Virus record (IMG/VR): IMGVR_UViG_3300037440_000525
Span: 1 to 40,196 of that record
Length of the DNA stretch: 40,196 nucleotides
Source of the DNA: a virus
Taxonomy: Duplodnaviria > Caudoviricetes
Reading direction: 5' to 3' (one strand)
Numbering within the stretch: position 1 is the stretch's first letter; every line of letters begins with the position of its first letter. Position numbers and translations under genes: made by a program. Below, in pieces: positions 36,858-40,196 of this stretch. Under the pieces are notes generated by a model that had not been told where the DNA came from, ran no database searches, and saw nothing but the letters and a program-made list of their open reading frames with translations.

Positions 36858-37006
36858 GCCAAATAATAGCTGGAATAGTAACAGCAATTTTTGGGTTACT
36901 ATTTAAAAGATTTGATGAACCAACTTATGACTTTAAGGAAGCTGGAAATGAGAAAATTCCTGGTGCTAATATTTTTGATGCTTATGATTGGGTGCCGAAA
37001 GACTGA
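36854..37006 (+). CDS. 50-aa membrane protein, possible inner-membrane spanin (absent from the ORF track)
   Basis: MSQIIAGIVTAIFGLLFKRF...; ATGA overlap with the holin; overlaps the lipoprotein gene. Confidence 0.5.
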   Translation: MSQIIAGIVTAIFGLLFKRFDEPTYDFKEAGNEKIPGANIFDAYDWVPKD

Positions 37007-37187
37007 TATTGTTTATGTCAGTTTTACACCCCTTCCAAACACAGAGGGAACAGTGATAGTTATTGATGATAGAGCTATAAAAGTCATGAACCCTAAAACT
37101 AAAGCCGTGGACTCTCTGCGTTTACAAGGCTACCATCTTATTCATAAAAATGAATTACAGGCATTCTTAGAGGCGTACAGAAGATGA
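36948..37187 (+). CDS. Lipoprotein, possible outer-membrane spanin
   Basis: MRKFLVLIFLMLMIG-C signal peptide and lipobox; start moved to ATG 36948 (AAGGA RBS). Confidence 0.65.
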   Translation: MRKFLVLIFLMLMIGCRKTDIVYVSFTPLPNTEGTVIVIDDRAIKVMNPKTKAVDSLRLQGYHLIHKNELQAFLEAYRR

Positions 37188-37465
37188 GGTTTATGCCTGG
37201 ACCTAATGGAACGCTTATAGCCCCTTCACGGGGGGTCCCTCCAGTTCCTCCAGAGGGCTATAAGCGTTCCTCTTCAAATGAATGGGTTTTCGAACCCATA
37301 CTCCCCTATTGTGAATCGAGGGAATTACGAAAAAAATATGCTAGGGGATGTAATGCTTGTGGAAGTAATCCATTGCAAATTTTTTGTTTAAAAGATAATT
37401 CTTTCGTTATCCCTCAAATCTGTAAAAAGTGCCCTCATGCGACTATTCCTGACAACATTTCATAG
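37184..37465 (+). CDS. Small Pro/Cys-rich protein (possibly metal-binding)
   Basis: PPVPPEGY; C..CNAC..C..CKKC. Confidence 0.6.
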   Translation: MRFMPGPNGTLIAPSRGVPPVPPEGYKRSSSNEWVFEPILPYCESRELRKKYARGCNACGSNPLQIFCLKDNSFVIPQICKKCPHATIPDNIS

Positions 37466-38144
37466 AGACGATCTTCTTGCTATGGGCTTAGGCTCAATTG
37501 ATCGAGGTGATTGGGAAATAACCGTGTTAAATGACGGTAGAGAAAATGATGTCACAATGGATATTTGTCAAACTTATGGAGTGGATTACATTTGGACAGG
37601 TCAGAGGCATAAAGAAAAACTACTTTGGAGAGTCCCAGGGTTTGCATTAAATATCGGGGTTAAAGCCTACAATGATGAAATAATAGCTATTTCTTGTGCT
37701 GAAATGTATCATTTAACTCCTTTCCTTAAAAATGCCCAGAAGATTTTACAAGGGCATCCAAAAGGGATTGTTCACCCCCTTGAAGGGAAAGATGATACAG
37801 GGGCTTACCTAAATGATGTTAAATCCTTTGATAAATTACCTAATTTAAATATGAAATTACCTTTTCTAATGGCAATGTCTAGGTCATCCTATGTTGAAAT
37901 AGGGGGTTATGATGAGGACTTTACAGGGCAATCTTATGATGATAATGATATAGTAGATAGACTTATCGCTAATGGTTGCTATTATATTACTACACCTGAT
38001 AAATGTGTTCATTTATATCATAGTCGTGACACAGCCGATAAAAGGGACCGTGGAAGACTGGATTATAATAAAAAACTATATTTGGAACGAAAAGGGAAAG
38101 TAGTACGCAATGAAAACAGAGAATGGGGTTTACTCGACAGATAA
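37437..38144 (+). CDS. GT-A glycosyltransferase (GT2 / GT7 C-terminal-like)
   Basis: EITVLNDG, ALNIGV, IGGYDEDFTGQSYDDNDIVDRL, HLYH. Confidence 0.88.
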   Translation: MRLFLTTFHRDDLLAMGLGSIDRGDWEITVLNDGRENDVTMDICQTYGVDYIWTGQRHKEKLLWRVPGFALNIGVKAYNDEIIAISCAEMYHLTPFLKNAQKILQGHPKGIVHPLEGKDDTGAYLNDVKSFDKLPNLNMKLPFLMAMSRSSYVEIGGYDEDFTGQSYDDNDIVDRLIANGCYYITTPDKCVHLYHSRDTADKRDRGRLDYNKKLYLERKGKVVRNENREWGLLDR

Positions 38145-39168
38145 AGTTTTATACCACCCTAAAGTGGTTGAAGCTTTTATAACTCATAACTCACATTACC
38201 TACCCCCAATATTTATTCAATTGATGCCTCAAAATGTTTGTAATCAGAACTGCCATTTTTGCTCATATAGATTAGATAATTGGAAAAATTCTGAAAAATT
38301 CAATGATAAGACATGGTTAGAATGGGAAGTATTAAACCGTGCCCTAGACGATATGAAGGAATTAAATGTTAAGGCGATTGAAATTACAGGAGGTGGTGAG
38401 CCTTTAGCATACCAATACATTCATGAACTTTTAGAATATTGTACTGAATGGGGAGTTGAAACCTCACTAGTAACTAATGGTTCTTTATTAAACGATAAAA
38501 AAGCTGATGCATTATTTAAAACCAATTTGAAATGGGCAAGGGTATCAATTGATTCTGGTAAAAGAGAGACTTATGAAAAAATTAGAGAGGCCAAGCACTG
38601 GGGGAAAGCTTGGGAAGGAATTGCAAGACTTGTTGAACGAAGAACAGATCAAGCTATTGGAGTTGGTTTCGTTGTCACTAACGAAAACTTTGACGAAGTA
38701 TATATGCTATGTGAAAAGGCAGCGGAATATAAAGTAGATAATGTTAGAGTATCCGTAGCTTTCACACCTAAAGGGGCATCTATAATAACCCCCGAACAAG
38801 TGAGTCTTGTTTGTGAACAAATTGAATATGCTTCTATGGATTTTAAAATAGATATCCCTAATGTATTTAAAGAAAGAGTAGACAACTTAAACACCACCCA
38901 AGATTATGATTACTGTGGCTCTAAAGATTTACTTTGTGTGATCGAGGGTGAGGGAAAAGTATATACTTGTTGTACCTTGACTGGATCTGATAAAGGAATA
39001 ATGGGAAATATCAAAGATTCTCCATTTAAAGATATATGGAGAGATATGTCGGGCTGGAGAAAAAATTTAAATCCATCTAAATTATGTAATATGCCTTGCT
39101 TATACGAAAGTCGGAATAAAATAATGAATAAATTAAGAAACCCTCCTAAGCACTTGAATTTTATATGA
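38110..39168 (+). CDS. Radical SAM protein with SPASM/twitch domain
   Basis: CNQNCHFC, ITGGGEPL, VTNG, RVSID; C-terminal C..G.VYTCC..MGNI..C...C. Confidence 0.93.
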   Translation: MKTENGVYSTDKVLYHPKVVEAFITHNSHYLPPIFIQLMPQNVCNQNCHFCSYRLDNWKNSEKFNDKTWLEWEVLNRALDDMKELNVKAIEITGGGEPLAYQYIHELLEYCTEWGVETSLVTNGSLLNDKKADALFKTNLKWARVSIDSGKRETYEKIREAKHWGKAWEGIARLVERRTDQAIGVGFVVTNENFDEVYMLCEKAAEYKVDNVRVSVAFTPKGASIITPEQVSLVCEQIEYASMDFKIDIPNVFKERVDNLNTTQDYDYCGSKDLLCVIEGEGKVYTCCTLTGSDKGIMGNIKDSPFKDIWRDMSGWRKNLNPSKLCNMPCLYESRNKIMNKLRNPPKHLNFI

Positions 39169-40196
39169 TGATAGTTGGCTTCTACACTAAAGATACCCCC
39201 TATGAAGAACAGATAAAACCTATGATAGCCTCGGCCAAAAGATTTGGTCACGAGGTCTACACTAAAGGTTATGAATCTGAAGGGTCATGGGTAAAAAATT
39301 GTGCCTTAAAACCTAGGTTTATTCAGCATTGCTTAAGAATGTTTGATGAATTTTGGTATTTGGATGCTGATGCTGAATTGGAACAAAAAATACCTCCTAT
39401 TGATGCGGATTTTGCATATTATTCTAACAAAGGTGAATTACTTTCAGGCACTTTATATTTTAAAAATACCCCCGAAACAATTAAACTCGTTGATATGTGG
39501 GTTCAAAAACAATCGCCATCTATTTGGGATCAAAAAGTACTGCAAAGTCTATCTTCATTTTTTCCAAAAAATACAAAACTATTACCTGAAAAAATGTGTC
39601 ATATTTTTGATAAGCCTAAAACAGAAAAACCTGTTGTAGTGCATTATCAAGCTAGTAGAAAGTTCAAGAAAGGGATCACCATGAAAAATGTTATTGGAAA
39701 ATCAAAAATAAGAACAAACCCCGATGGTTCAATTTCCATCCCAAGACACGATCGTGATGCTGAAAAAATATTAGATGAAACAATGGTTAGGTGTCCTGGC
39801 CAATTAAGATGGATCCCAAAAGATACTTCATCTAGTATTTTAGAAAAACTAGAGTTAGTGACTGATCATGCTTATATAGTAGGGAAAGGACCATCACTTG
39901 ATTTTATTTGTGCTAAAAACTTCCCCGATACCAAAGCCCCTATTATTTGTGTAAATGAATCTATTCACGCAGTTGAAGCCTTGGATCTACCAAATCCAAT
40001 ATTTTGTATTTGCCAAGACTCGGGTTTGAGAGATACCTGTAAACCTAAAAAAGCTACTTTGTTAGTTGCAACTACATTAAAAAATTGGTATGCTGATTAT
40101 GAAAATAAATTTATTTTTAACCCAAGAAATGTTTTAAGACCTGGGATTATGAATATCACCTGTAATTTAGCTATTTGTATCCTTAGAAAAAAAGGT
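39165..40196 (+). CDS. Two-domain glycosyltransferase: nucleotide-diphospho-sugar transferase plus Maf/DUF115-like domain (3' truncated, absent from the ORF track)
   Basis: Open for 344 codons to the window end: IVGFYT..Y, W..NCALKP.FI, YLDADA, ELLSGTLYF, WDQ, HYQASR, then AYIVGKGPSL..IICVNE. Confidence 0.85.
   Translation, partial: MMIVGFYTKDTPYEEQIKPMIASAKRFGHEVYTKGYESEGSWVKNCALKPRFIQHCLRMFDEFWYLDADAELEQKIPPIDADFAYYSNKGELLSGTLYFKNTPETIKLVDMWVQKQSPSIWDQKVLQSLSSFFPKNTKLLPEKMCHIFDKPKTEKPVVVHYQASRKFKKGITMKNVIGKSKIRTNPDGSISIPRHDRDAEKILDETMVRCPGQLRWIPKDTSSSILEKLELVTDHAYIVGKGPSLDFICAKNFPDTKAPIICVNESIHAVEALDLPNPIFCICQDSGLRDTCKPKKATLLVATTLKNWYADYENKFIFNPRNVLRPGIMNITCNLAICILRKKG

Larger units (their letters stand above)
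1..40196 (+). mobile_element. Tailed bacteriophage genome segment (siphovirus-like)
   Basis: Co-oriented terminase, portal, capsid, tail tube, tape measure and lysis-like genes plus phage-type replication genes; no host housekeeping genes or integrase seen. Confidence 0.97.

Noticed and set aside
1122-39251. Minus-strand and nested short ORFs in the track
   Set aside because: They overlap well-supported + strand genes and show no recognisable motifs
39343-39639. 98-aa ORF in the track
   Set aside because: Out-of-frame shadow of the longer glycosyltransferase ORF starting at 39165
1-40196. Stop-codon reassignment
   Set aside because: Genes are long and tightly packed under the standard code, and TAA, TGA and TAG all end genes at sensible junctions

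Overview
The whole window looks like part of a tailed dsDNA phage genome with siphovirus-like morphogenesis genes. It is AT-rich, uses the standard genetic code, and essentially all genes lie on the + strand. (1) 1-6471 is a replication/accessory block: 5'-truncated family A DNA polymerase, VRR-NUC-like nuclease, a transposase-less IS607-type TnpB cassette apparently inserted at the start of a NYN-domain gene, a DHH-like phosphoesterase and a PD-(D/E)XK nuclease. (2) 6472-9100 is a mostly non-coding control region with hairpins, strand-polarised CACTCA/TGAGTG motifs, TATACTAGTATA palindromes, a ~115-bp-period direct repeat, a small four-gene operon and a 29-bp tandem array upstream of the terminase. 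(3) 9104-36513 is the packaging, head and tail block: terS, lambda-GpA-type terL, portal, adaptor, scaffold, P22-like capsid protein, a stand-alone CheY-like receiver gene, neck-position fibres, tail tube, a -1 frameshifted chaperone pair, tape measure, two Dit-like proteins carrying LRR and Kelch domains, and a tail-tip protein. (4) 36510-40196 holds holin- and spanin-like genes with no visible endolysin, then a glycosyltransferase / radical SAM / two-domain glycosyltransferase cluster that runs off the end. All protein calls come from motif recognition by eye and synteny; no database searches were run.
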